Origin: Myxococcales bacterium
GTDB taxonomy: Bacteria > Myxococcota > UBA727 > JABDBI01
DNA length: 34,037 nt
Reading direction: 5' to 3'
Assembly: GCA_023248655.1 (NCBI GenBank)
Contig: JAHFEE010000004.1
Coordinates: 1-34,037 of the forward strand
Shown here: positions 11,107 to 21,641 of the stretch, piece after piece
Position numbering within the stretch: position 1 is the stretch's first letter
How the letters are laid out: each line of letters starts with the position of its first letter
Program-made: the position numbers and the translations under genes
The notes under the pieces: generated by a model
The model's database searches: none
What the model saw: only the letters and a program-made list of their open reading frames with translations
What the model was told of the DNA's origin: nothing

Positions 11107-11511
11107 ATGAAGGTTAAATGTCTATTTATTTATATCTTTCTCGTAGGCTCAATGCCATTATCTGCCTTTTCCGAGGATAAGAATAAAAATTTAAGGAATG
11201 AGAACCATATACCGAGTGAGGCTTTTTTAACAGATGATCCCTTTTTTTGGGTCTCTGGTGGTTCTTCGTTAATTTTCTCATATTTCATAAGCAGCAAATT
11301 GAAATATGGAATTGAATACGGGCTGCCTGTGTGTGCTGGTTATATCGCAATTGCCGAAACTGCTATTTCGTCGCTTGTATTTAAGAAAGTGAGTCTACAG
11401 ATTACAGGAGTTACATTTCCCGCTGTTGGATTAATCGCACTTTTTGCGGCCAAATCCGTAATGACCTGTCCGAAGACTGGGCATTCTGGGTGCACTTGCG
11501 GCTTAAATTAG
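11107..11511 (+). CDS. Hypothetical membrane protein with a signal peptide-like N-terminus and Cys/His-rich tail
   Basis: 134-aa ORF filling the gap between the tRNA and atpC; no family recognised. Confidence 0.65.
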   Translation: MKVKCLFIYIFLVGSMPLSAFSEDKNKNLRNENHIPSEAFLTDDPFFWVSGGSSLIFSYFISSKLKYGIEYGLPVCAGYIAIAETAISSLVFKKVSLQITGVTFPAVGLIALFAAKSVMTCPKTGHSGCTCGLN

Positions 11512-11563
11512 TTAACAAGGTTAAATTAAGAATTTGAACTATATGTGCGGCAATTGCTTATTA

Positions 11564-13410
<1,847 letters not shown>

Positions 13411-13435
13411 TTAATATTTACCTTATAAATTAGAT

Positions 13436-13464
13436 GCTATAAAAGAAACAGATTGACTATGCAA
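13436..13464 (-). promoter_or_regulatory. Candidate sigma70 promoter for atpDC
   Basis: TTGCAT-N17-TATAGC in the murA-atpD gap. Confidence 0.4.
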
Positions 13465-13529
13465 CAAGGATTGTTCTAGGACTCCAGCAATTCGTAATAA
13501 ACATTGTGTAGTATTGTAATTTATTTCAT

Positions 13530-14810
13530 TCATAAAATATTGCTATCGTTAACCCGCAATATATCCACTCCTAATTGTACAAGCTTATTTTCTAGCGTTA
13601 CATAACCACGATCCAAATGATGAATGTGCAATATTTCACTTGTGCCTTCGGCACTAAGCGCTGCAATTATCAAACCTGCCGATGCCCGCAAATCAGATGC
13701 TTTAACTTTTGAACCTGTTAATTTATTTTTACCTTTAATAATTGCTAAATTTCCATGTGTTGATATATCTGCACCCATTTTAGTCAATTCCAATGTATGC
13801 ATAAAACGATTTTCCCAAACATTTTCTTGAATATAACTTATTCCATTCGCAACACATAAACAACTCATAATCTGAGCTTGCATGTCTGTAGGAAATCCAG
13901 GATATGGTGCTGTTTTAATATTTATATTTTGAATCTGCTTTGACGCATTAACCCTTACTCCATTTTGATCTACGTGAAAGTTGCATCCAATTTTTTGAAA
14001 ATTAATGACAATAGACTGTAGGGTTTTTAAGCAAACATTTTTAATAAAAATATTTCCGCCCGTGATGGTTGCCATTGCGATAAATGTTCCAATTTCAATG
14101 CGGTCTGGTGATATAATGTGTCGCATTCCCTTTAATGATTTTTGACCAATAATTTGAATTGTGCGCGTTCCTGCACCGATTATCATCGAACCCATAGAAT
14201 TAAGAGCCTGTGCTAATTCTATTATCTCTGGTTCTTGAGCGGCATTTTCAAGAATCGTTGTTCCATCAGCTAAGCAAGCTGCCATCATTATATTTTCAGT
14301 CGCCCCAACGCTTGGAAATCTAAATTTTATTCTAGCTCCAGAAAGTCTACCATTTGGTACATGAGCTTTTATTTGATCATTTTCAATAATTATATTAGCA
14401 CCCATCATCGAAAGTCCATCCAGGTGCATGTTTACAGGGCGCTTACCAATGGCGCACCCTCCCGGAAGTGAAATCTTGGCTTTTCCAATTTTGGCTAACA
14501 ATGGGCCTAGCATCAAAATGGAAGCTCGAAATTTTTTTACAACTTCATTACTTGGTTCTGAATAACAAAATTCTTTATTTATTATATGGGAGAAATAATT
14601 TTTTTTATCGAAATGTAAAATTTTAATCCCAAAATCCATTAAAAGCTGTTTCAGGTTTTGAACATCATCCAAATTTGGAATATTTCCTATAATGCTATCA
14701 TCCGAGGAAAGCATAGTTGCAATCAAAATTGGAAGTGCTGCATTTTTTGAGCCAGAAATTGTAACTTCTCCATTTAAAGTACAACCACCTTTGATAATGA
14801 ATTTATCCAT
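13530..14810 (-). CDS. murA: UDP-N-acetylglucosamine 1-carboxyvinyltransferase
   Basis: SGSKNAALP, LPGGCAIG.RP (catalytic Cys present), SVGATEN, PGFPTDMQ, DLRA; start set at ATG 14810 (MDKFIIKGG). Confidence 0.98.
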   Translation of the reverse strand: MDKFIIKGGCTLNGEVTISGSKNAALPILIATMLSSDDSIIGNIPNLDDVQNLKQLLMDFGIKILHFDKKNYFSHIINKEFCYSEPSNEVVKKFRASILMLGPLLAKIGKAKISLPGGCAIGKRPVNMHLDGLSMMGANIIIENDQIKAHVPNGRLSGARIKFRFPSVGATENIMMAACLADGTTILENAAQEPEIIELAQALNSMGSMIIGAGTRTIQIIGQKSLKGMRHIISPDRIEIGTFIAMATITGGNIFIKNVCLKTLQSIVINFQKIGCNFHVDQNGVRVNASKQIQNINIKTAPYPGFPTDMQAQIMSCLCVANGISYIQENVWENRFMHTLELTKMGADISTHGNLAIIKGKNKLTGSKVKASDLRASAGLIIAALSAEGTSEILHIHHLDRGYVTLENKLVQLGVDILRVNDSNIL

Positions 14811-15555
14811 TTTCAACCTCCACAATGCGGTCATTTCCAGAATAATCTTTAATGATTTTTCCAAAATGTCTAAAATAGCTTCCTTGATTATAGCCGATTT
14901 CAAGTAGAATGAAAGAATTAGGCTTTAAGTATAATGAAGCTTGAAATATTATTTTCTTATGCAATCCAATTCCCAATTTTCCAATTCCCCTTAAGGCAAC
15001 AATTGGTTCAAAACATCTTATATCTTTTGGTAATATTTTTATATTTGAAGGTTTGATGTATGGTGGATTAGCTACCAATAAATTGAATTTTCTTTTAAAT
15101 TCTCTAAGGGGATCCAACAAATATCCAACTCTTGTCTTTACTCGATTGCTCAATTTGTATTTTTCAATATTTTTATTCATAACACTTATCGCATTATGGC
15201 TAATATCTGTTGCTACAACATTTATATTTGGTCGTTCCAATGCTAGCGTTATTCCAACACATCCAGAGCCTGAGCATGCGTCAACAACCCAGAAATTACC
15301 GCTAGTTGGAATGTGAGACAATGCAACTTCTACCAATTTTTCGGTATCAGGTCTCGGAATTAAAACATATTTATTTACTATAAAATCCCTTCCGTAAAAT
15401 TCCTTATGTCCCGTTATATAAGCAATTGGTTCACCTAACGCTCTCCGATTGACGAGTTTATTGAAATCTGCAAGAGCAATATGAGCCTGAAGTCGATTAC
15501 AGTTTAATACGTGAGCAAGTAAAATTTCAGATTCTAAATCTAAAGGAGTGAACAT
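14803..15555 (-). CDS. prmC: Release factor glutamine methyltransferase PrmC/HemK, N-terminally shortened (250 aa)
   Basis: [42 protein letters not shown]; start set at ATG 15555 because the further-upstream frame is antisense tatA. Confidence 0.92.
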   Translation of the reverse strand: MFTPLDLESEILLAHVLNCNRLQAHIALADFNKLVNRRALGEPIAYITGHKEFYGRDFIVNKYVLIPRPDTEKLVEVALSHIPTSGNFWVVDACSGSGCVGITLALERPNINVVATDISHNAISVMNKNIEKYKLSNRVKTRVGYLLDPLREFKRKFNLLVANPPYIKPSNIKILPKDIRCFEPIVALRGIGKLGIGLHKKIIFQASLYLKPNSFILLEIGYNQGSYFRHFGKIIKDYSGNDRIVEVENG

Positions 15556-15766
15556 GTTTGGTATTGGTCCTTGGGAATTAATGGTTGTATTCGGAATTCT
15601 TCTTCTCTTATTTGGAGGAAAGCGTTTGCCGGGTTTAGCGAGCGGACTTGGAAGTGCTATTAAAAATTTTAAGCAAGCACTTAACGAAGTAGATGTTAAG
15701 CCAGAATCAGAAAACAAGCTTTTAAACAAATCAGATAAAGATACTAAAGATATTAATTTTCAATAA
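15554..15766 (+). CDS. tatA: Twin-arginine translocase subunit TatA/E
   Basis: MFGIGPWEL...[21 protein letters not shown]; AAAGGAG RBS at 15542-15548. Confidence 0.96.
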   Translation: MFGIGPWELMVVFGILLLLFGGKRLPGLASGLGSAIKNFKQALNEVDVKPESENKLLNKSDKDTKDINFQ

Positions 15767-15896
15767 ATGTTTATCAAAATTTAAACTAATTTCACCTTAT
15801 TGAAGTATTCAACATATTATATGGTTATTTCTTAGTAATATTAACTGATAGCATTAAAAAATATAATTAAATTAATCAAAAAACTTTTTAAATAAC

Positions 15897-16385
15897 TTAA
15901 AAATGGAAAATAGCTCTTAATTTAGTTTCTATTTCATCGTGTGTAACCCCCTTGGATAAACTTAATTCACGAATCAATAAGGATTTCACAGTATCAAGCA
16001 TTTTACGCTCTCCAAAACTTAATTCTTTATCATTTTTTAAAATACAAAGGTCTCTTAAAACTTTTGCTACCTCGAAAATGGACCCAGATTTTATTTTTTC
16101 CAAATATTCTCTGTGTCTACGATTCCATGTTGCAGATTCTGCAATTTTTTCTCGTTTTTTTAATATTTCAAACACAGCATCTGCTTCTTTTATTGATACG
16201 ATTTCACGAATTCCAATCTGGTCAATATTGTTTTCAGGAACCATGACACGCATGGAATTTTCTAAAATACTTAAGATGTAAAACGTTTGTTGATTATTGT
16301 TGATTGTACGAATTTCTATACTTAAAATTTCAGCTACCCCATGTGCAGGGTAAACGACTTTATCCCCTACATTAAATTTGGCCAT
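15897..16385 (-). CDS. carD: CarD/CdnL family RNA polymerase-binding transcription factor
   Basis: F.VGDKVVYP.HGV, TWNRR (conserved Trp wedge), V.KVLRDL, LSFGERKML; no HMGA tail, so CdnL type. Confidence 0.96.
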   Translation of the reverse strand: MAKFNVGDKVVYPAHGVAEILSIEIRTINNNQQTFYILSILENSMRVMVPENNIDQIGIREIVSIKEADAVFEILKKREKIAESATWNRRHREYLEKIKSGSIFEVAKVLRDLCILKNDKELSFGERKMLDTVKSLLIRELSLSKGVTHDEIETKLRAIFHF

Positions 16386-16404
16386 AGCTTATAATATTGG
16401 CATA

Positions 16405-16448
16405 GAAAACGGAAATTGGCTAGAACAATCTAGTTAATTTCCGTTTTC
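16405..16448. repeat. 20-bp inverted repeat with a 4-nt loop upstream of carD
   Basis: GAAAACGGAAATT-GG-CTAGA acaa TCTAG-TT-AATTTCCGTTTTC. Confidence 0.92.
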
Positions 16449-16492
16449 AAATATTTCAGAATTTAAATATATACGATATTATTTTTTAAATC

Positions 16493-16546
16493 TTTAATCA
16501 TAATTTAATGCCGAACAGGTTTAATCATAATTTAATGCCGAGCAGA
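16493..16546. repeat. 27-bp tandem duplication (2 copies, 2 mismatches)
   Basis: tttaatcataatttaatgccgaacagg / tttaatcataatttaatgccgagcaga. Confidence 0.92.
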
Positions 16547-16694
16547 GTGTAAATTTTATACATGGCGCCTTGCCATTATCACCAAATAGTTCAATTTTTC
16601 ATTATTCTTGATTCGTAAAATATTTTTAAAATAATGAACAATTCCGAATTTAAGGCAAGATCACGACTATGTACTCAATGTGCAGTATTTTGTT

Positions 16695-16723
16695 TTGCTA
16701 TATCATCGCAGTATTGCTAATAT
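16695..16723 (+). promoter_or_regulatory. Candidate sigma70 promoter for pyrG
   Basis: TTGCTA-N17-TAATAT with TGn extended -10. Confidence 0.5.
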
Positions 16724-16749
16724 TAAAGAAGTTTGGAAATATTATTTCA

Positions 16750-18378
16750 ATGAAATGTAATAATAAAACTAAATTTATATTTGTTACCGGAGGCGTAGTA
16801 AGTTCTCTTGGAAAAGGAATAGTTTCTGCGTCTATCGGTGCACTGCTCAAAAGCAGAGGACTTAATATCAGTGTTTTAAAACTGGATCCATACTTAAATA
16901 TAGATCCAGGAACAATGAATCCATTTCAACATGGAGAAGTATTCGTTACTGACGACGGGGCAGAGACAGATTTAGATCTAGGACATTATGAACGTTATAT
17001 TTCTGTAAAATTAAATTGTTTAAATAGTAAATCAGCTGGCCAGATTTATCTAAATGTATTAGAAAAGGAACGTCAAGGCAAATACCTAGGAGAAACCGTT
17101 CAAGTAATTCCGCACATTACTGATGAAATAAAGAATTCTATTTATCTGGCAGGGGAGAAGTGCAATATTTTAATTTGCGAAGTTGGCGGAACTGTTGGCG
17201 ACATAGAATCATTACCATTCATTGAAGCCATTAGGCAAATTCGTCAAAAAGAAGGCATTAAATCTGTTTTCTTTATTCATGTTTCCTATCTGCCCTACAT
17301 AGACACAGCGGGAGAAGTAAAAACTAAACCAACTCAACATTCAGTGAAGGCCTTACTTGGACTTGGCATACAGCCAGATTTGTTATTGCTTAGAAGTAAA
17401 AACAAAATTTCGAATGAAATAAAATCTAAAATATCACTTTTTTGCAATGTGCCATTAACCGCAGTTGCGAATTGTCCGGATCTTGCAACCATATATGAGG
17501 CACCTCTTATTCTTCGAAACGAGCACGTTGATCAACTTATTTTAGAACATTTAAATATTGAATCAATAGATTCAGATCTAGCAGAATGGAAAAATGTTGT
17601 TTGGAAATTCAAACATCCCAAAAAGAAAATCAATATAGGAATTGTGGGAAAATATGTTAATTTTACTGAAAGTTATAAAAGTGTAAACGAGGCATTGATT
17701 CACGCTGGAATTCATCTAAATACAAGAATTATTTTTCATTACATTGATGCTGAAAATATTAAAAATGAAGAAATTGAAAAAAATTTAAAAATTTTAGACG
17801 GAATTCTGGTTCCGGGTGGGTTTGGAGAACGTGGAATAAATGGCAAAATAGCTAGTGTCAAATTTGCGAGAGAGAATTTGATTCCATACTTTGGGATTTG
17901 TTTAGGATTGCAAATTGCAGTGATTGAATTCTCAATCAATTGTGCACATATAATCAACGCAACCTCTGAAGAATTCGATCCAAAAGCAAAGAATCTAGTA
18001 ATTCACTATATTAAGAATCAGCAAAAAATAACAAGAAAAGGGGGAACTATGCGTTTGGGAAGTTATCCATGTGCAATAATGGAGAACACTATGGCTTATG
18101 ATATATATCGTCAAAAATTAATATTTGAACGCCATCGTCATAGGTATGAAATTAATAATGATTACCGAGACAAGCTTGTGTCTGCTGGTTTAATTTTTAG
18201 CGGATTTTCTCCGGATAAAAATTTAATAGAAATAATCGAATTAAAAGAGCATCCCTTTTTTTTGGCTTGTCAATTTCATCCCGAATTTTTATCTAATCCA
18301 TTGAATCCGCACCCAATATTCAAAAGATTCATCAAAGAATCAATTAACCACAATGAAAAACGACAACTTATTTACTGA
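16750..18378 (+). CDS. pyrG: CTP synthase
   Basis: KFIFVTGGVVSSLGKG, DPYLN.DPGTM, GICLG, RHRHRYE, QFHPE; start set at ATG 16750. Confidence 0.98.
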   Translation: MKCNNKTKFIFVTGGVVSSLGKGIVSASIGALLKSRGLNISVLKLDPYLNIDPGTMNPFQHGEVFVTDDGAETDLDLGHYERYISVKLNCLNSKSAGQIYLNVLEKERQGKYLGETVQVIPHITDEIKNSIYLAGEKCNILICEVGGTVGDIESLPFIEAIRQIRQKEGIKSVFFIHVSYLPYIDTAGEVKTKPTQHSVKALLGLGIQPDLLLLRSKNKISNEIKSKISLFCNVPLTAVANCPDLATIYEAPLILRNEHVDQLILEHLNIESIDSDLAEWKNVVWKFKHPKKKINIGIVGKYVNFTESYKSVNEALIHAGIHLNTRIIFHYIDAENIKNEEIEKNLKILDGILVPGGFGERGINGKIASVKFARENLIPYFGICLGLQIAVIEFSINCAHIINATSEEFDPKAKNLVIHYIKNQQKITRKGGTMRLGSYPCAIMENTMAYDIYRQKLIFERHRHRYEINNDYRDKLVSAGLIFSGFSPDKNLIEIIELKEHPFFLACQFHPEFLSNPLNPHPIFKRFIKESINHNEKRQLIY

Positions 18379-18385
18379 TATGCAT

Positions 18386-18414
18386 TTGACTTATTTTTAA
18401 GTTAGGGATACGCA
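18386..18414 (+). promoter_or_regulatory. Candidate promoter giving a leaderless mrp mRNA
   Basis: TTGACT-N17-TACGCA, 6 nt before the ATG. Confidence 0.45.
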
Positions 18415-18420
18415 ATTTCC

Positions 18421-19491
18421 ATGACCTTAAAGAACAAATTATCAACTGATTTTTATGATATTAAAGTTCCTGAATTTGAAAAAAATATATCTGAATTAAA
18501 TATTGTTAGAAGAATTGAGTTGCTTAATTCGAAATTAATGGTTGATTTAGTGTTACCCAGCTTTGCGCTTCGTTCTGAGCGAGAACTGGTTAAAAATATA
18601 AAAGAGATTATAGCAAAACATGTTTCAAGTGAAACAGAAATAGAATTAAATGTATTTGCAGAAGTTAAACCCGCAGTTAAACAAAGTATCAAGAAAGATA
18701 AAATTGCTGATGTTAAGAATATTATACTGGTTCTTTCTGGCAAAGGTGGCGTTGGGAAAAGTACGGTAGCTGCAAATTTAGCGCAAACTTTATCAAAAAT
18801 GGGTTGTCAGGTTGGGTTAATGGATGCTGATGTCTATGGGCCCTCTATGCCAACAATATTCGATGTCTCAAAAAATACGCAAATCGTTGGCATAATAAAT
18901 GAGGAAACAAAAGAAAATTACATGATTCCAATCAATTTAAACGGAATCAAACTTATGAGTATAGGTTTTTTAGTTGATACGAATTCTGCGATGATTTGGC
19001 GAGGTCCAATGATTTCATCTGCAATTGTACAAATGTTTAATAATACTGCCTGGGGAGATATTGATTATTTAATTGTCGACATGCCGCCTGGAACTGGTGA
19101 TATTCAATTAACTATATCCCAAAAATTAAACACATCGGGCGCGATAATTGTTTCAACTCCACATGAATTAGCGCTTGCGGATGTAATTAGAGCCAAGGCC
19201 ATGTTGGATAAATTAAAAATTCCGATTTTTGGATTAGTTGAAAATATGAGTTACTTCATTTGTAATAATTGCAACGCTAAACATGAGATCTTTTCACATG
19301 GTGGCGCCACTGCTCTTGCCGATTCTTTAAAAATTCCAATATTTGCAGAAATTCCGCTTGACAGTACAATTGATTTTCAAAACAAAATTTATCAGGATTT
19401 AGCATACGATTTAGCTACAATTATAGCAAAAATGGCTTTAAATAATTCTAACAGAGAACAGGAAGGCGCTCAGTTAAATATTTTAACATGA
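18421..19491 (+). CDS. mrp: Mrp/NBP35 (ApbC) Fe-S cluster carrier ATPase
   Basis: SGKGGVGKST, DADVYGPS, WRGPM, DMPPGTGD, ENMS.F.CxxC. Confidence 0.95.
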   Translation: MTLKNKLSTDFYDIKVPEFEKNISELNIVRRIELLNSKLMVDLVLPSFALRSERELVKNIKEIIAKHVSSETEIELNVFAEVKPAVKQSIKKDKIADVKNIILVLSGKGGVGKSTVAANLAQTLSKMGCQVGLMDADVYGPSMPTIFDVSKNTQIVGIINEETKENYMIPINLNGIKLMSIGFLVDTNSAMIWRGPMISSAIVQMFNNTAWGDIDYLIVDMPPGTGDIQLTISQKLNTSGAIIVSTPHELALADVIRAKAMLDKLKIPIFGLVENMSYFICNNCNAKHEIFSHGGATALADSLKIPIFAEIPLDSTIDFQNKIYQDLAYDLATIIAKMALNNSNREQEGAQLNILT

Positions 19492-19539
19492 TAAGCTGAT
19501 AAATAAATTTAAACCATGAATCCCAGTAATGTGTTCCTC

Positions 19540-21624
19540 TCATGAACGCAGTTCGATTTTAAATTCAGTTTCAAGTGCTACTATTAGCTGATCAATCAAT
19601 TTATTTACATCATTTTCTTTAAGGGTCTCATTCTGACTTCGAAAAGTACCTGAAATCGTAATTGATTTTTTACCAATTTCAATTTTGTTTCCCTGGTATA
19701 CATCAATAATTTCGACTTTTTCTAAAATACTAATGATAGGTTCAAATTTTTGAATAAATTCTAAAATATTTTTGCTTAATATGTTACCATCAATTACTAA
19801 TGACAAATCTCTTCGAATTGCTGGAAATTTTGAAAACAATTTAAATTTAATTTTATTTGTAAAAAAATTTTGAATTGTATTTAGATTTATTTCAAATAAA
19901 GAAATCTTGTTATCGGTTAGTAAATGCGGATGTATTTGTCCGAATTCTCCAATTTGTATATCTGTATCGTGGATATATAAATTTGAAGATTGTCCAGGAT
20001 GCATCCACCAATTGTTCATCTTATCAGCCACAAAATCTACATTTATTTTTAATAAATTAAACAAAGATTCCAAAATGCCCTTTGCATCGTAAAAACTTGT
20101 TTTCTGAGTTAAGCCTGATAAATGAAGTTCTTCGGCAATAAAAGCATCAGCGCTCATATTTTCCGGAACTAGTCTTTTAGGGTCAGCAAATAATCCATTT
20201 TTGTTTTTATTTGAAAACACAGTTCCAATTTCAAATAAATGAAAACAATTATTCTTTTGTTTCAAATTGTATTCCAAATTTCCAACAAGACCGGAAAATA
20301 AATTGGTTCTTAGTCCTGAAAACTCTTCTCCTAATGGGTTTTTGATTTCAACAATGCTGTCTTTTTTTGATGTAAATGAATAGTTAATAACTTCGAAAAA
20401 GCCATGATTTATAAAAAATTTTCTCAATTCCTTTTCTAAATTATTTAATATTTTATTTTTTTGGTTTAAGGCATTGTTTGGTCCGTTAAAGCCAATTTTA
20501 ACTGGAATTTTCTCAAAACCAATTAATCTAATCACTTCTTCAATCAAATCAATTTCATCAATGATATCAATTCGATATGTTGGAATTTTAAATTTTAAAA
20601 TTTTAGTATTAATTTTACTGTTTAGAGTTTCAATGCCCAAGTATGACAGTATTTTTTTAATTTTTTCTGAAGTAAGTTCTTTTTTTGGAAGATTTGACAA
20701 CTTGGCCAAACGACCTAGTCTTAAATTGACTTCTCTAGGTTTAACTGGTTTTGAATAAATGTCTATTATGCTCTTAACAATTTGTCCATTGGTTAACTTT
20801 TGAATTAAATCTGATGCTCTATTTAAGGCTAAGCAAACAGCATTTGGATCCATTCCTCTTTCAAAACGATAACTAGAATCTGTTGTAATTTGAAATCGTT
20901 TAGCTGATTTTCTGATTATAACTGGATCAAACCACGCAGATTCTAAAAAAATATTTCTTGTACAAGTTGAAATTTGATTCGATATTCCATTCACAATTCC
21001 AGCAAGAGACAAAATTTCTTTTCCATCTTCAATGATTAGATCCTGATTTGTCAAATGTAGCAATTTTCTTTCCTGAGTTATTAGAGACTCTCCGTCTTTA
21101 GCAAAACGAATTTTTAAATTAATATCATCATTTGATGGTTTGAATAATCTATCAACATCAAAAACATTAAGGGGGTGCCCGTATTTTAAAACCGTCCAAT
21201 TGATGGCATCGATAATATTATTTACAGGTTTTATATTCAAATTAAGCAGTGTGCGTTTAAGCCAATTGGGACTATCTGACACGGTTACATTTTCTATAAT
21301 TCGAAAAGCGTATCTTGAGCATGCGTTTGCATCAAGTATGCAAACCTTAATTGTATTACAAATAGATGTTCCAGATTCCACGATCAAAGGTTCCTTAGAT
21401 TTAAGGTCGCTTTGATATATTGCTGATAATTCTCTAGAAATACCGATATGACTTAAGACATCAGGACGGTTTGGCGTAATTTTCAATTCTAAAATGTCGT
21501 CATCTTTTAATTTTTTAATAGACTCTATTTCTAATCCAGCTAAAGTTAATTTATCGGCAATTTCCCTGAAGGAAACCTGTGGTAAATCAATTAACTCGCG
21601 TAATGTGTTTATACTTATATGCAT
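19540..21624 (-). CDS. pheT: Phenylalanine--tRNA ligase beta subunit, short form lacking the B2 OB-fold
   Basis: ITPNRPD.LS..GI.RE, SSYRFERG, P.YR.DI..E.DLIEEV.R..G, FP.IRRDLS. Confidence 0.96.
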   Translation of the reverse strand: MHISINTLRELIDLPQVSFREIADKLTLAGLEIESIKKLKDDDILELKITPNRPDVLSHIGISRELSAIYQSDLKSKEPLIVESGTSICNTIKVCILDANACSRYAFRIIENVTVSDSPNWLKRTLLNLNIKPVNNIIDAINWTVLKYGHPLNVFDVDRLFKPSNDDINLKIRFAKDGESLITQERKLLHLTNQDLIIEDGKEILSLAGIVNGISNQISTCTRNIFLESAWFDPVIIRKSAKRFQITTDSSYRFERGMDPNAVCLALNRASDLIQKLTNGQIVKSIIDIYSKPVKPREVNLRLGRLAKLSNLPKKELTSEKIKKILSYLGIETLNSKINTKILKFKIPTYRIDIIDEIDLIEEVIRLIGFEKIPVKIGFNGPNNALNQKNKILNNLEKELRKFFINHGFFEVINYSFTSKKDSIVEIKNPLGEEFSGLRTNLFSGLVGNLEYNLKQKNNCFHLFEIGTVFSNKNKNGLFADPKRLVPENMSADAFIAEELHLSGLTQKTSFYDAKGILESLFNLLKINVDFVADKMNNWWMHPGQSSNLYIHDTDIQIGEFGQIHPHLLTDNKISLFEINLNTIQNFFTNKIKFKLFSKFPAIRRDLSLVIDGNILSKNILEFIQKFEPIISILEKVEIIDVYQGNKIEIGKKSITISGTFRSQNETLKENDVNKLIDQLIVALETEFKIELRS

Positions 21625-21641
21625 AATTAAATTTAAAATTC

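Noticed and set aside
15556-15729. 58-codon N-terminal extension of prmC in the ORF track
   Set aside because: It is the antisense of tatA and does not resemble PrmC; ATG 15555 fits better. Only proteomics could exclude it fully.
13469-16430. Shared 11-mer GATTGTTCTAG upstream of atpD (13469-13479) and, inverted, in the carD hairpin (16420-16430)
   Set aside because: A single 11-bp match among AT-rich spacers is expected by chance.
16493-16546. Possible mini-CRISPR array
   Set aside because: Two abutting copies with no spacer and no cas genes.
16669-16749. Longer ORF-track starts for pyrG (and similarly murA, sufC, sufD, pheS, tsaB)
   Set aside because: The extensions precede the conserved N-termini and overlap promoters or neighbouring genes.
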